Source: Lepidodermella squamata (taxonomy: Eukaryota > Animalia > Gastrotricha). Taken from it: DNA of 64,000 bases. The stretch is from the NCBI GenBank assembly GCA_047495785.1, contig JBLDXI010000026.1, forward strand, positions 558,001 to 622,000, in the 5' to 3' direction. The notes under the pieces are model-generated. The model did not search any database, was not told the DNA's origin, and saw only the letters and a program-made list of their open reading frames with translations. Below are positions 34,146 through 48,336 of this stretch, one piece after another. The position numbers and the translations under genes were made by a program. The number at the start of each line of letters is the position of its first letter. Position 1 is the first letter of the stretch.

Positions 34146-37100
34146 GATTACTTTTATATAAAAATGAAAACAAAAGAAATGATATCAAAAGGCTTAGTTG
34201 TCGCATAGGTCGAATTTCACACTGATAACAATAAGAAAGATAACAAAGACATATGTGAGGCGTATCAAATTTCGTTTTGTTTACTCTCGGACATGTTTAT
34301 TTTCGATAATTAATCAATTATCCGGAATTCGCGTAGAATTTTTGAAGAATTCCCTAAAATATTTTCCTTTTCAGAACCTTGCTACCCAATTTTCGGCTTA
34401 ATTGCTACCTCTCAAGGTCACTTTTTATTGACTTGGTACTTTATTTACATGCGTAGATAATTATACGGTATATAATAAGGACTTTACTCATTTGAGAATA
34501 GGAAGCCAGTGTGAAAACATGCTAAATTTACAAACTTGGAATGCACTAAATCATCTTATCTATTGCTGTTATTTATCTAATATTTTTTTTATTAGTGCTT
34601 CCTCGAATGGTGTCATTTGGGTCATTTATAAGGCGCAAATGTTGTACTTGATTATCTTTTATTTACCCATTCGAGACTATATGACTAGTCATAAATTATG
34701 CCATCAATAGGCGCGTTGAATAAGTAGTATTAAACGTTTCTTTTCTGTTCATAAACGGCTGTCAGCCATAGCCGTCCGTTTTTGTCTGCGATTTACTTTT
34801 CGTCACGGAAAAAAATGACCAGAATTTAGGTGTAAAGCTTGCATTTTTCCGCCCGCTTTTAAACGTTTGCTGAGCAGATTTTCTTTATTGTCAAGGCACG
34901 TTTTTTCTTCTTTTCTTTTCTTTTATTTTGTCATTTTATTTTGTTTTAGAACTAAAATAAGTTCGATGTAAAATGTAGAACAACTGTGCTGCGAATTCTG
35001 AAATATTTTTGAGAAGAGGCAAATTTTCTCTTAATAGGATTTTGAGGCTTTTCTCTATTGGTTTCCTTTCATTTTCCGTTTTTTCTATTTTTGATAAACG
35101 GGGAGCTTTATTTTCCCATAAGAATTATTTTTATTCGCCGGAATTTTTGTAACTGATTTGACAGAAAAAAATGGCGATTGCTAAAGTTGTGAGATTTCAG
35201 GCATAATAGGCCATTGACCTACTCTATGAATAACGAAGACCGTACATTATATGAACATTATTGCTATGGTTCTCGGCAGACATTGTTGAAAAATGCGTGT
35301 TGCCGTAGTCACGTGGTAAATTGGCGGTTTTTACCGCGAAATGATTTCATATGTGATTGAATCCGAAAAGGAGCACAATAGAGGCTCAACAATATAACAC
35401 ACAATTTGAGAGATGACTTGAAAAATTTCTTGAAAAAAGTTCATTTCTTGCGAAGCCTGGCTCATGGTTTCATAATTGAATTCGAAAAAGCGTCTCCAAG
35501 TGCTTTTCTTACATAATCCATGCCCATGGCCTATATGGTGTACTGTAATTGAACAATTTCGAGCCAGATCAATTACTCGGGGCTCGGCCTTCTTGGATTC
35601 TTTTCACTGCTGTGACAGAAATGTCAGCGTTTTTTTTTATTTTTCCTTCCTCAGCTCAGTTTTATTATTCAGGATATTTTTTTATAAATGAATAGACATC
35701 AGAAAAAATGACCCATCATTTGGTTTTTTTATTCCTTAGTGACATATAATTGCCCATCCTTCGTAGTATAAGCCGATTCGAAAGGATAACAATGAACAAT
35801 GAACAATTTCCAAATTTTTCGATATTTCGGAGTTACTATAGTGAGTATAGCCCGGGCTGATATATGAATAATAAAAAATGCGGAATCTATTTCCTCTAAT
35901 TTTATTTACCCGTCATTCCTCAATTCACCCATCCTTTATCCACGATTACTTGGTGGTTAAACAGAAACCCTATAGTAATTTTCGGCATTTTATCCGGAGG
36001 ACCGAATTCCGAATTTTCAAAGACGAAGTTGCATCCTTTGCAGCCACAAACTGTGACTTGGCCCCAGAATTCAGAATATCTGATCCCTTTTACAAGTATT
36101 TTCTTTGTTTGCCTCACTCATGGGACACCGCAGTTCTATATCCGTCGAGTTTTTTCTTAATTGTTTCCATTGTAAAGTGCCTAATCCGTATCTTCGGGCA
36201 ACATGCAGCCATGGCTTTTTGCCAGCAGAATATTACTTTTCTCAAACAAACAATGACGTGTGTTTTCCCAACTATGCGGAGAAGGTTTCTAAATATTTTA
36301 TTTAATTTTTTTTTTATTTTTCTAGACAATTTGTACAAGCATACTTACCTACAGCGTGTCCCAGAAGTTGTGCAACTATTTTTCAGTTTAGCAAATTTTT
36401 GTAGGAAACCCAACTAATTTTATTAAATTAATCCTACCGAGAGAATATTCCATCTATCTTTTATCCGCGATTTAACCAAAGAAATAAAAAATTTACCGCA
36501 GAAGTCCCGGAAAACCCCGATGTAACTGGATCGGTAATTTTCGGTATTTTACCCGGTTGGAACAAATTTCTCCGGACGTTTTCAATTCAACAAGGGACAT
36601 GCTTGATATCTATTCTCGTATTTTTTGAATTTTTATAAACATTTCCTGGCCATGAAATGTGACTTCGACTCTCATTTCGAGTTTCTGAACCCTTTTCCGT
36701 GTAGTTTCTTCGCTTGAGTTACTTATGGGACACGCTGTATTTGCAATCTCCCTGTAAACATTCGCAAAAATGACTCGCGTGGAATATTGATTTCAATTTC
36801 TTTCTTTTTTCTTTTTTTATCTCCTCGGTGTGGCCCTAATTTTAATCGTATAATTAAAGAAATGTTAAGCACTGCTAATCCACAAAATATCCAGGCCATG
36901 GTTATTACCTGGTTTTGCCTGGATTTTCTGTTTTTTTTCTCGTTTTTTTGTTGATTTTGCGCCTCGTGATGTTTATAGAAAGTGGCCTCTTGAGATGCCA
37001 TCCTGCGGCTTTTTTGCGTTGTATAAGTAGCCCTGTCACACGGGTTTTATTTCAGTTCGAAGTTTATCTGAGTGGAAATAATATTCTCAAAAATGCAATT

Positions 37101-38374
37101 TTTGAAATAATTTGTTTTTCAATTTTGTAAAAAATTTCAAAATCACAATAAAATTATTTTTAAATTTCCTGTTACGCGATTTGATAAAAATGATGTGAAA
37201 AAATGGAGTTTCAAAATTTTGAAAATTTGCTCGGCTGAAAAAATATGAAAGATTTGAAAGGTATTTCTTATCATTTGAAGCGTGTTCGATTCCGTTTATT
37301 TCTGAGCAAAGCGATAGCTGCCACGTGTTGGCACTCGTACGATGAGCTTTCTGCCTCTTAGCCATTTTGGCACTCCTACTTGGCACAACTATAAATACTT
37401 ACTTACACCTGGTTTAACAGAGAATACGTGTGTTAACGCACGCGATGCCTATCAACTTTCGAGCTTTTCGACCCTTCAAGTTCAAAGTGTCAGCAGATAA
37501 TTTTCGTCGTCATGATGTTGTCGTTAAACACAAGAAAAAACACTAAATGACCACACACTCGAACAGCAGCTGACCATAAGATGGCCACTTGTGTTATAGC
37601 TAATAGAGAGTGTGGAAAAAAAACCTCAGTTGAAAATAAAAAACTAACACCGCGGCAATTACTCGCGCGCGCGCGCATGATGCATTGGTGGTGCTGCTGC
37701 TGGGTGGTGGCAGGTAATCAAAAAAAAAAGATTTCAACATCGGTGTGAAAAAACTGCAATTCACGCCGGTCGATTTTTTGCCTCAACTTTATCTCTCGCA
37801 GTTATTTATTTGACGATTATTAAATTCTCGTGCCGCGCCGAGTTGCTGCCATCATCTCGAGCGCCTTGTTACAGCATAAGGTAGCAGCAGCATCAATAAG
37901 TCGGCAGTTCTCGCTCATCAGGCTATAATCGTTCTTGTGCGTGGAGAACCATTGCCCACTCCACGATGCTGCCACGATGCTGATGATTATAGTTTAATAT
38001 TTATATAAAAACGCGGTGTTTAACTACTTGTATAATATAATAAGGAAGGCCGTGTTATAAGCTTACGCGCTGAGCTAACGGCCACGTCCCCACGCCGCAT
38101 CATCGCCTGCCTTCATTGTATCTAAATAATTCGCAACACGAGTAGCAACAGCGCGCGGTTGCCTTTTGTCAACGCGCTGGCGTCGCTCTCTCTTTTTTTC
38201 AGAACCCCGACTGATCTGAGCGGCCAGATTAGAAGCGCATAAAACCGCATATATTACTGTTTTACCACATATATTTTGTCCACGCGTATCGTTGACTAAA
38301 CGCTTATTATTGTTTTCAATGTCCGCTCGTTAATTAATGTTATATTATAGTATTTTTCCACCTAATGAGACTTA

Positions 38375-41300
38375 ATGGCAAAAATCAAGCTCAGCAACCA
38401 GCTCACATCGTTTTGTGTAAGTTTCGAAGAATTGATTGAAATAATCCTCCTTAATATTAATATGAATTTTTAGATTCTACTTTCGCTCTTCACTTTCGAG
38501 CTGGCCGCGGGCGTTGAAGAATTGCCGGTCTTTGATAAAAATGTCAACTGCCGACTGCCGCCGGAAAGTGGTACTTGTTCGAGTTACTACTTTCCTATGT
38601 ACTACTACGACCCAACAGCTGGAAAATGTAGTCAATTAGTAAGTCACAGACCGCTTCGCTAATTTATATTCGCTATTTATTTTAGAATATTTTTATTAAC
38701 CGCTCACACATTGGGTGAAGCGGAAACAATTTTCGAAGTTAACAACAAATTCCTTTTCGCTTATCTCTTGCGATTTTGGATCAATATAGAATTTACGAAA
38801 ATGCGGCAAAATTTGAAATTATATCGATCCTATTTCAAAGATGAAAATTACTTTCGTGATAATCAAAATTATTCCAAAAATTCAAAAAATGGAAACCGGA
38901 TATTCCAGTGAAGCAGAACTTGATAATTGATTTCAGTGGTCAATAATTATTTTAAAATTAGGCATTGCATTGTGCAAATAATTACCTTGAGGATTTGAAA
39001 TTAAAATCCGATTTTTTCTGAATTACTTTTTTCTGTGGTTGATTTACTCACAAAATCTCAGATTTTAGACATTATAAGCTACTGGTTACCGGTTTTTTCT
39101 CTTTAGTGAATTTTTTTTCATTCAATCCATTCGTAATTCTTCAGACCGGATGTAAAGATGGTAGGTACTCACTCATCACCTGTATCACTCATCATCTTTT
39201 TAGAAAAAAATCTCCTGAGTGATACCAAAGCTCATTTCTTTTTTTCCGTCAAGCATTACTAATTTAGAATTTTTTTGGATTTCAGTTAAAGTTTTAATTA
39301 ACAAAAAATGACAGGCGCACACAGTTTTAATTAGTATGCTTACAGAGAAATGTTCATCTTTTCTTTAATTGATTAATTATTATTCTTAATTTTATTCCCG
39401 ATAGGTTTATTCCGGCTGTGGTGGAAACAGTAACCTATTTACAACGGAATCCGATTGTTTAACAGCCTGCGCTGGCGTGTCGGACTCTGAAGATCGGAGA
39501 TCGCGGCAAATCCTTAACTCGCCGATTCCGGTTCCGCCGTCTCAGAGCAGTCTAACGAGCAGCAACTCGGTCAATTACGTCTCGTATAGCTCGCAACAAA
39601 CGCAACAGCAGCACAACGTCGTACCGCAACCTTCTATACAAATTCCTAATTCAATCCCAGAAAACCTTCCATCTCCGTCCAACTGCCAGGCGCCGTTGGA
39701 CGCAGGCTGCACCCAGGATAAACCTTACATTTTACTTCGATTTTATTTCGACGAGAGAAGCGGATCATGCAAGGCTGGGTTTTATTGTAAAAACGACGGC
39801 AATTACCGGGGCTTTGAAACTGAAACTCAGTGCAACACCCTGTGCACGTCCGTTGCTAACAAACCAGCCTTGCCGTGGTCTCCGCTTCAACTCCCGGAAA
39901 TTCCGACGGCTCAATCTGCATCACAGCCGTTGAACTTCCCGAGTTTCCCGCGTATGCCTGAGGCCATTCAGCAGTTGACGGCGCTACAACCTGTTGAGCA
40001 AAATTCCCAGCCATTAGGCGGATTGCAGGGTATGCAGATGCTTCAGCCGGTTCAGCAAGCGTTGGGTAGGCAAAGGAATGGTCCGGTTGAACAGGTGGCG
40101 CAGCAAATTCAGCAGATGAGATTTATGCCTCAGTTAGCTGCCCAGGCTCAGCAGCAGTTTCCGGCTCAGAACAACCAACAGCAGCAACAACAGCAGCAAC
40201 AACAGCCATCTAGATTCTTTGATGGCCAGCAAATGCAACAGCAAAATTCAGCCCAGTTCCAGCCGCAGCAACAACCGCAGAGGCCTCAACCGCCTCAGCA
40301 GCCAACAAATTTCGACCAAAATCAGCAAAACTTCCAATCAGGTCCAAGTCAGAATCAACAAATCAATCAACAGCAATGGCAGCCGTTTATTCCTCAGGAA
40401 GGGCAGCAGCAAATTCCACCGCAAAATCAGCAACAATGGCCACAGTTTCAATCTAATCCTCAATCTCAGAATCAACAGCAAAATCAGCAACAGTGGCAAC
40501 AGAATCCTCAGCAGCAACAACAACAGTGGCAGCAAAATCCACAACAACAGCAACAGCAACAGCAACAACAACAACAACAACAGCAGTGGCAACAGAATCC
40601 CCAACAACAACAGCAGCAACAATGGCAACAGAGGCCTCCAGAATTTCAACCGTTCCAACCTCAAATGCAGAATTCTAAGATTGATTCGCAGAATTTCCAG
40701 CAACAGCCTCCTCAACAACAGAACAGGCCACCAATGCCAATGCAGCCTCAAAATACCCGATTTGAACCCATTTTACCCGTTTCAGTAAATTTGCCCCTGA
40801 AACGGGAGCATTTGCAGAACGTTTTACCTATTGATCCTCAACAACAACAACAGCAAACTCAAGATAATGGTTTTATGCTGCAGCCTGTTGAAGCCCAGCA
40901 GCCTTTGCCTTTACGGTTGCAGGAACGCCGGGAACCCCCTGCACCTCGGCCTGTTATTGTAAGCTTTTCCGCGTAATTTCTGGAATCTTCCTTAATTTGC
41001 CGTAATCCTCTTAGCCTCAGTCTTCATTTCGTGTGCCCAACGACATTGCGCAGGTCAGTAATTGAGCTGTTTGTATTTTTTGACAAATTGATGCTAATTT
41101 TTTTTGTTCTTGTAGCAGCGAGACGCTATACTAGCTAACCCACAACTTTTCGTGGTCAGTCGTAATAGGCCACAGGTTGAAGAATTCGCTGTCAATTGTA
41201 AACTGTCTTTAATCTCGAGTTTGATATATAGGATGCTCCCGTTATTCCATCAGTCCAAGCAGCGTCCGGAAACAGCGATGAGCCGATTAGGCAGTTGGTT

Positions 41301-42107
41301 AACATCAACCCTCCGCTGACTCAGTCCGACAATCCTAACGCGGCGGCGGCTATACTCAGCCAATACTACGCGCCAGCTTCTTTCCGGTGTCGAGGCGAAG
41401 ACCTGGCAGTTTTCATTAACACAAACTCGCCGAGCCGTTGCGCGAGTCTCTGCGAATATCGCAACCCTGAATGCACGGCCTTTTCATTTTTCGGCAACCA
41501 CCGCCTGTGCCAGCTGAAAGCTAGCTGCGCCCGAGACGACGCTTTTATGATCCCTAGCGAGGAGACCTGGATCAGGGCGCAGAGGGTTCCGCAGAACGAC
41601 GATATCCCAGCGACTTTACCGCCTCCCCCGCAACGGGAGGTGCCATTTGAATTAAACATACCGGCCGGTCCTGTAATTTCTCAACGCATCTATCCTTACT
41701 ACGTAGTCCCTTTAACTGCAAGGTCCAGAACTACAACAAAAGAAACGCCTACTTCTTCACTTGTCGACGCTATGGTTTGGGAGAGGCCGAAGCCCTCGAC
41801 GAGGGAGCCTGTTGTAGTAACAGCATCACCCCGGCCTACAGTCGCGCCGACAGAGGAGCCTCAGTTCCTACCGAAATACTCATCGTTAGGCTACTACTGC
41901 GGTGGCGATTTGATAAAGCGGGTAACCGGCGTCGAGTCACGTGACGAATGTGCCCAGTACTGCACGGAGTACAAATCCGAGTCACGCACGAAGCCGCTGT
42001 GTTACGTTTTTACATACAGCCGTAGTATAATGCTGTGCGAGCTTCAAGTCAACTGCTACCAGCGAGATCGCGACAACACAGCCGCTGAAACGTGGATCGT
42101 CAAGTAA
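38375..42107 (+). CDS. Secreted protein: 2 Kunitz domains, long Gln-rich linker, 2 PAN/apple domains (paralogue of 31157..32469)
   Basis: Exons from 38375 give CRLPPESGTCSSYYFPMYYYD..C | VYSGCGGNSNLF, with Kunitz 1 split by a large intron (about 38638-39404). Kunitz 2 is CQAPLDAGC...; polyQ; PAN domains in 41295..42107. Confidence 0.8.
40175..40860 (+). repeat. Coding CAA/CAG polyglutamine with QQQWQQNP repeats
   Basis: Direct sequence; lies in the 499-aa ORF 39477..40976. Confidence 0.9.
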
Positions 42108-42350
42108 CGGTGATGAAAAATTGTCAAGCTTCACTAGCCAGTTAATCCACCGCCTTTTGAACGAGATATTGTATATTATGTAAACGAAACACTGTGTGTG
42201 TGTATATTTATTATTATTTTATATTGTCGTAAAAACGGTTTGAACCTCAAGCTTTTCTAGCGCGCGTTTTCAAAAAGTAAAGAGAACTGAACAATGAATA
42301 TGATGGTGTACTCTAGTGCTTTGTTTACGCGGGTGTTTGGTGTCATCATT

Positions 42351-43623
42351 TTAGGCCATCGTCTCGGAATTCACATGCCGGATGATGTATTGAAAAGCCG
42401 CATTTTGTTGTGACAGTTCCGCCACGGCTTTAAAAGTCACCACTTGAGCTTGTTTTGCCAAACGGTAACACCTCTCGAAATTGTCCCGGTTCTTCATAAA
42501 TTCAACATCGTTCCTCGTTTGCTTTGTGTAAAGATTAAACGCTAGGAGAAGTTGCTGCTGGAGTCGCAAAATGCGAGCATGATTACGGCTATCATCTAGG
42601 GATTAATTATTATATATAATTGGAGATTAAGTGTAATTTTTTACCGTTGAATAGAAGAACACTCATAAGTAAAGCCGACTCGACAAAAGATGGGTTCCAA
42701 GCATCCAATGCATTCTCAAGCTCCTTGCAAACAGCACGGCCCTCCTTAGAAAATTGAAGAATTCAAGAAAGCCAAACTAATCTCTGAATAAACCTGAAAT
42801 TGAGGAAATGCGTTCAGAACATAAGGAGCCACATCGTAATCACTCAAACCGAAAAATCCTGATTTTCAACATTGGTATTAATTGTTTTAAAAATAATAGT
42901 AAATTCTTACCAGCTCCCTGGTTGCCTTTGAGGTTGAAATATACGGCCAAAACCGCCGGATAACTCACTGCCATGATGTAATACTTTTCCCCTATAGTCA
43001 GCCTCGTATCATTATCGTTGAAACAATCAGCATAGCCGTGACCGATATGGCCTGCTGTTACAAGAACACCGCATCCAGCATTCAACAGACTATTAATGTC
43101 TTGGAAAAGTTGCATCGGCCGTTTCATGCTTTTCTACTCAACATTTGTGAAAAATCTGTGTAATATTAAGATATTCAACTAACAAATTCCAAGTCGTGGA
43201 GTGATGTGTAAGCTTGAACAGATGTCCTCAGAATTTTTTCAGCACTCTCGCCGTCTATCAGGGCCGGATCTATCACTAACAGTTCACGTGACGGTGATTT
43301 AGCTCCTCTATATTCTGATAGATGAGAGCCTTCCAGGTATTTACCTAAGAAATAGCGAGAATTAGCTGTACATTTGGTTAGTGTGGCCGAGACTCACTCT
43401 GCATTCCGGCGGCTATGCATTTCTCGAGCCGACATCTCGGGCAATGCTTCCGATTTGTCACATCAAACGGACAATTTAGTAGGCCATTAGTACACATGAG
43501 TTGGAACCGGCTTCTTGCATTGCGGCGGAAGAATTTACAGCAAGCCTCACACGTTGAAGGCTGATAGTCCGGACGCCTTTTGACCGGCCCGTAGCAAACT
43601 TTGCAGTTAGTACTAGGTGTCAT
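42351..43623 (-). CDS. Atypical nuclear-receptor-like gene copy 5
   Basis: CKVC-x14-CEACCKFFRR...CTNGLLNC-x9-CPRCRLEKC-GMQS; LBD WNPSFVESALLMSVLLF. Confidence 0.85.
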
Positions 43624-43864
43624 TTTAGAAAATTCGCGATTAAACGCAGCGCAGCGGAAAATAGATTTTAAAACTAAAATCAATATTTCCCATCAAGGGT
43701 TTTGAGGGAAAAGCCATATGGGGCAAAACCTGAGTGCCCCATAATGCATCCGACATCGATAAAAACAGACAAAAATCATTCAGCCCTCAGGTGGGTATAA
43801 ATTTTAATGGAAATATCTAGGATCAAATTTTCAGCTGATAATCATGCTATTATAAACTCGTTTG

Positions 43865-45152
43865 TTACAAGTGACTCATTATTCTAACAATATCGTTAGC
43901 AGTAATCAGCCCAGCTTGGGATTGCCTTGTTGCCTTGGACAACGCCCCGAGGAGATCATTCGTTGCGTTTACGGTTAAGCGGTAGCATTGCATGAAGAGA
44001 TCTAGCTTTTGCTGCATAGCCTGTGGATCGTTTTTCGCACAGCTAGAATTGTTCATGCTAAACGCAAGTAGCAGTTTTTTTTGTAACTGGTCGTTGCGAT
44101 GGCCTTCTTTATCGTGGAAACTCAGCATGCTGATTAGTAGCGCCGCTTCGATGAAAGACGGGTTCCAACTATTCAACGCATCCGCCAATAATCTGCACGT
44201 GATCAGAGGCACCTGTATGACCAAGAAATGCTTTGAATTACATTATTTCGATATAAATTCAGTGCTACCTTAAAATCAGGATAAAGCTCAAGAAATATCG
44301 GCGCAAGTTCGTTGTTGAGGCCAAAAAATGTCGATGGCAAGCTATTCGGCAGGTTGTTAAAAACGGCTTTGATATTGAACAGCGCCGTAGGGCTAATACA
44401 TTCCGTCATAACGCTGTAATCAACATCTAAACGCAAAAGCGAAGTTCTGAAAAATACAAAAATTTCTCAAAATTACTCACTTTCAAACTGTTTGCAGTAG
44501 TATTGGCATATTTGGCTTTCGAACTTGAGATTCTCTATACCGTTGCGAAGGATATCCGACATTTCCTTCAAGTCGGCTGGAGGCCGCTTCAAAGTGAGCT
44601 GTTACAAGTTTTTTTTTATGAATAATCAGAATTAAACTAATTTAAAACGTACGAAGTCTAGCTCATGCAAATGAGTAAAGGCACTCATCGAAGTTCTCAA
44701 CGCTTTTTCAGCTCCAGACGCGTCTATCGTGTCCGGATCCCGCACCAGAGGCAATAATTGATAATTCTGACTTATATCTGTTGCAAAATTATCTGAGCTA
44801 TTTTGCCGGACTGAAACCGTCGCGTAGTCGTTACCGATATATTTACCTGTGAGTTCAGGGAATAGATTATCTTTTAAATTGAGAGTGGAATGATTATACT
44901 TTGCATGCCAACAGTCAAACACTTCTTGAAACGGCACTTCGGGCATAAGTTGCCTTTTTCCCGTTTTGTCAGCTCGCATGGCTTGAAGTAGCCCTTTGGG
45001 GTTTGAAATCCAGCCTGAAGGCAGGGCAACTCTCGTTGGCTCTCGCATTGCCTTCGAAAGAACTTTCGACAGGCCTCACAGTTTGATGGTTGGTAATCTT
45101 TCCGTCGAGGAACGACACTCTCACAAACTCTACAGTAAGTAATCGATGGCAT
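43865..45152 (-). CDS. Atypical nuclear-receptor-like gene copy 6
   Basis: CRVC-x14-CEACRKFFRRQC; LBD WNPSFIEAALLISMLSFH. Confidence 0.85.
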
Positions 45153-45514
45153 TTCGGATAAAACCAGGTGAATGTGTGGATATTGCAGTCAATAGTTATA
45201 GTTTTCCGTGATGCGTAGTTAAATCAAACATGGCATCGGATGATTAAAACGCGTCAGCAGTGTTGCTCCCTCTTGACAGCTGATCGACCAGCGTTGGGGA
45301 GTCGCATCTCATCCCACAGCGATGAGGTGCGAAATATTGAAATTTGTAGAAAGGTAATTTGCTTTGCGCTGACAACACACATTAATCAATACTGTACAAT
45401 TCTACTATAGACATGAAAAACCCTCGCACCGGAAAATGAGGACTTTTATATAGAAGCTACATTCTACAATGAATGATAATGAAGGAGGAAAACCCCGCCG
45501 CCTTTGACAGAACT

Positions 45515-46818
45515 TTATTCTTTATTATCAAATTTCAAATTCAAAGCAGCAGAGAGAGCACTAAATACAAGCATGTGCCGGGACATATCGGCGAGCGATG
45601 ACAGCAGTTTTTCCTTAACTTGGAGAGTTTGCCAATAGGTGCGAGTGAATAGGTCCTGCTTTCTTTTCGACGTTTCCGACCAGCCTTCGCTGGACCACAG
45701 CATTTGCAGTGTTCGATACATCTGCTTCTGCAAATCCGAAACCCATTTGTTTTCCTGTGATCGATCACCTGCGAGGGAATTTGTTGAATTCTCTCCTTTA
45801 TCTATAAGAGCTACAAACCTTGAAAATAAAGAATCGCCAGTAGCAAAGCAGACTCGGGAAAAGAGGGTCTCCACAGATTGAGCAAGTTCGACAACTCTTG
45901 GCAAGCAGCAAATGTGTCCTATTATATAGAATGAAAGGCTCTAAATTCTAAATATTCACGCTATGGATGTCTTATACACTGAATTCTGGAAAAGTATCCA
46001 ACCACAATTGAGTAACTTGCTCCGACATTCCGAACAAAGACGGGGGAGAGCCGTTCGGCAGATTTTGGAATACAGCCTTGAGAATAATGACTCCATTTGG
46101 GTTCACGCAATCAATTTTATCTAGAGTCAAATCAGCTCTACAGGCAGGTTCGAAATCTAAGAACGGGTAAAAATTCACGGAATTGGGTATGATTTAATGA
46201 GCAACATACTTCGGAATGATTCTCCATAATCTCTTCCGATTCTAGCTTCGATTGCGTGCTGTTTCATACCAAGTTCCACGATGGTCCAAATGTCGTTTAT
46301 TCTGTGGCTAGGTCGTTTCAGAGGAACGGATTCGAGACCATGGAGACACGTAAAGGCACTTGCCGCCGTTCGCAAGACAGCCTCTGCCTGAGATCGAAAA
46401 GCATCCACAGGATTCCTGACCAGCGCCATGTTTTCACACGTTTTAAATGGCTTTGAATCTGAAGAGGATTCGGATTCGGTCGAAAGCTGCTCGCTTTCAT
46501 CAGAAACCATGAATTTGCCTGCAAAATGAATGCTTTAACTCCGGATGCCCGTGTAGTTAATCACTTACTTTGCATGCCCATCATAAGGCATTTGTCGAAT
46601 CTGCACCGCGGGCATAATCGGCCATTCAACTTGCCGAATATTTCACAGCGGCTAGAAGTGGGTTTGCCGTCTTTTGCCCGTAAGCATTTCAACCTGGAAT
46701 GATTAGTGCAATTGCGCCGGAAGAACTTCTGACATGCCTCGCAAGAAGACGGCTGGTAATCTTTCCTTGGCGTTACTGGAGAAGAGCATATTTTACACAG
46801 CTTCGATGAAGGGGCCAT
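45515..46818 (-). CDS. Atypical nuclear-receptor-like gene copy 7
   Basis: CKIC-x14-CEACQKFFRRNC; AFTCLHGLES; VFQNLPNG; conserved intron after GMQS. Confidence 0.85.
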
Positions 46819-46952
46819 TAAAGGTCTATTACGACCACCTATAATTGACCAGCCAGGCAAATTATCCAATTTCATAATTTTTTAGTAGTAAGAGCTGTAA
46901 AAATCGTTTTCCAAGAAAGAGAGTTGGCAAAAATGTTACAAAAAAAATTCCT

Positions 46953-48212
46953 TCAAGGAAACTGAATTGCTTTTGCCGCGGATTCGAAAGCTGGAAATTT
47001 CTTTGACAGGCCATCGAGAGCTGCCAAAAGAAGCTTGCTAACAGCTAGCGTTTGATTGTAGCATTTTCGAAATAGCGCCGATTCCTCGCCGAATTCTTGA
47101 CGAGAAATATCTTTTGATTCGCTGAACCAATGATATGTCAAAGCCAAGATGAGTTGCCGCTGAATGCATTGAACCCTTTCAATCCCAAACGAGTTATCCA
47201 CTAGAAACAGCTGCATAAAGAATGCATAATGAAAATTCAAAAAATACCATGGAAGTATAAAATGCTTAGTAGCAGCGAAGCCTCAGTGAAAGAAGGGTTC
47301 CATTTAGCGAGGTAAACAGCTAATAGCTTACACGCTTCGAATACTTCCTAATAGAAAAAAGTTAACTAGGTTCATAACTAGTTGCCCTATTGCTGGTCAA
47401 ACCTTGAATTCAGGGAATGCCTCGAGGTACATCGGGGCAAGTTCATCCGATAATCCGAAGAAAGTGGACAAGCTACTATTAGGCAAATTATGAAACAAGG
47501 CCTTGATATGTATGATGCTTGATGTTTTCAAGACAGCGAGATCTTTCTCTGTCAAACGCATGGCTCCATTGTTTGACGTTAAATCTACTTGTAAACTTGT
47601 AGATAGCTCCTAGAAACGCGCCTCGAAATGTATTAGAGTTACCTTGAAATGAAAGGCCATATCTGGAGCAAATTGCTAGTTCTGCCATTAACTGCTCGAT
47701 GCCCAGTTCTAGGAGCCCTCCTATGCTGGTAACCGTCGTATCTGGCTTTTTCAAGGGCAGCAGTTCGAAGTCATGGAGAAGAGTGAAGCCTTTAATTGCC
47801 ATCCTCAAAGCACATTCTGCTCCACTTCTTTCCCTCGCCGACGGTTCCAGTGGCAGGGAGAATGGCTGAGAAGCTGTATTTGTGTGGCTATCAGATGCTG
47901 AAATGTTTTCTGGAGATTTCTCTAAGAATTTGCCTGTTAAAGAAGTAATAGAATGTATGAATTTGACTTACTAAACTAACTGTTTAATCCTGCTTTGACG
48001 CATTTGTCGAATCTACATCGTGGGCAAAACTGGCCTTTCAAAGAACTGTCAATGGGACAAGATTCCAAGCGAGATTCCCCATTCCTGCATGTTAATAGCC
48101 AATGTTTCTCCACGTGGCGACGAAAAAACTTCTGACAAGCTTCACAGGTCTTCGGTTGATAGTCTTTCCGCTTTGGTACCACTGAATAACAGACCTTGCA
48201 ATAGACAGTCAT
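46953..48212 (-). CDS. Atypical nuclear-receptor-like gene copy 8
   Basis: CKVC-x14-CEACQKFFRRH; GFTLLHDFELLPLK; WNPSFTEASLLLSILYFH. Confidence 0.85.
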
Positions 48213-48336
48213 AATACAAAGTAAAAATGAAATTGTCTAAAAGAAATAATTCAACTATAAAGCTATCACGGCAGAAATTCATTGGTAATTCTTAATTAAT
48301 TAGTTGGTTGCGAGGTTGAAGCAGCAATAAATCAGA

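Noticed and set aside
35878-36417. 179-aa ORF and neighbouring ORFs in the AT-rich gap
   Set aside because: No recognisable motif, F/I/K-biased composition and no convincing splice structure.
40219-40788. Poly-Asn, poly-Leu and poly-Thr ORFs
   Set aside because: Alternative frames of the CAA/CAG polyglutamine tract.
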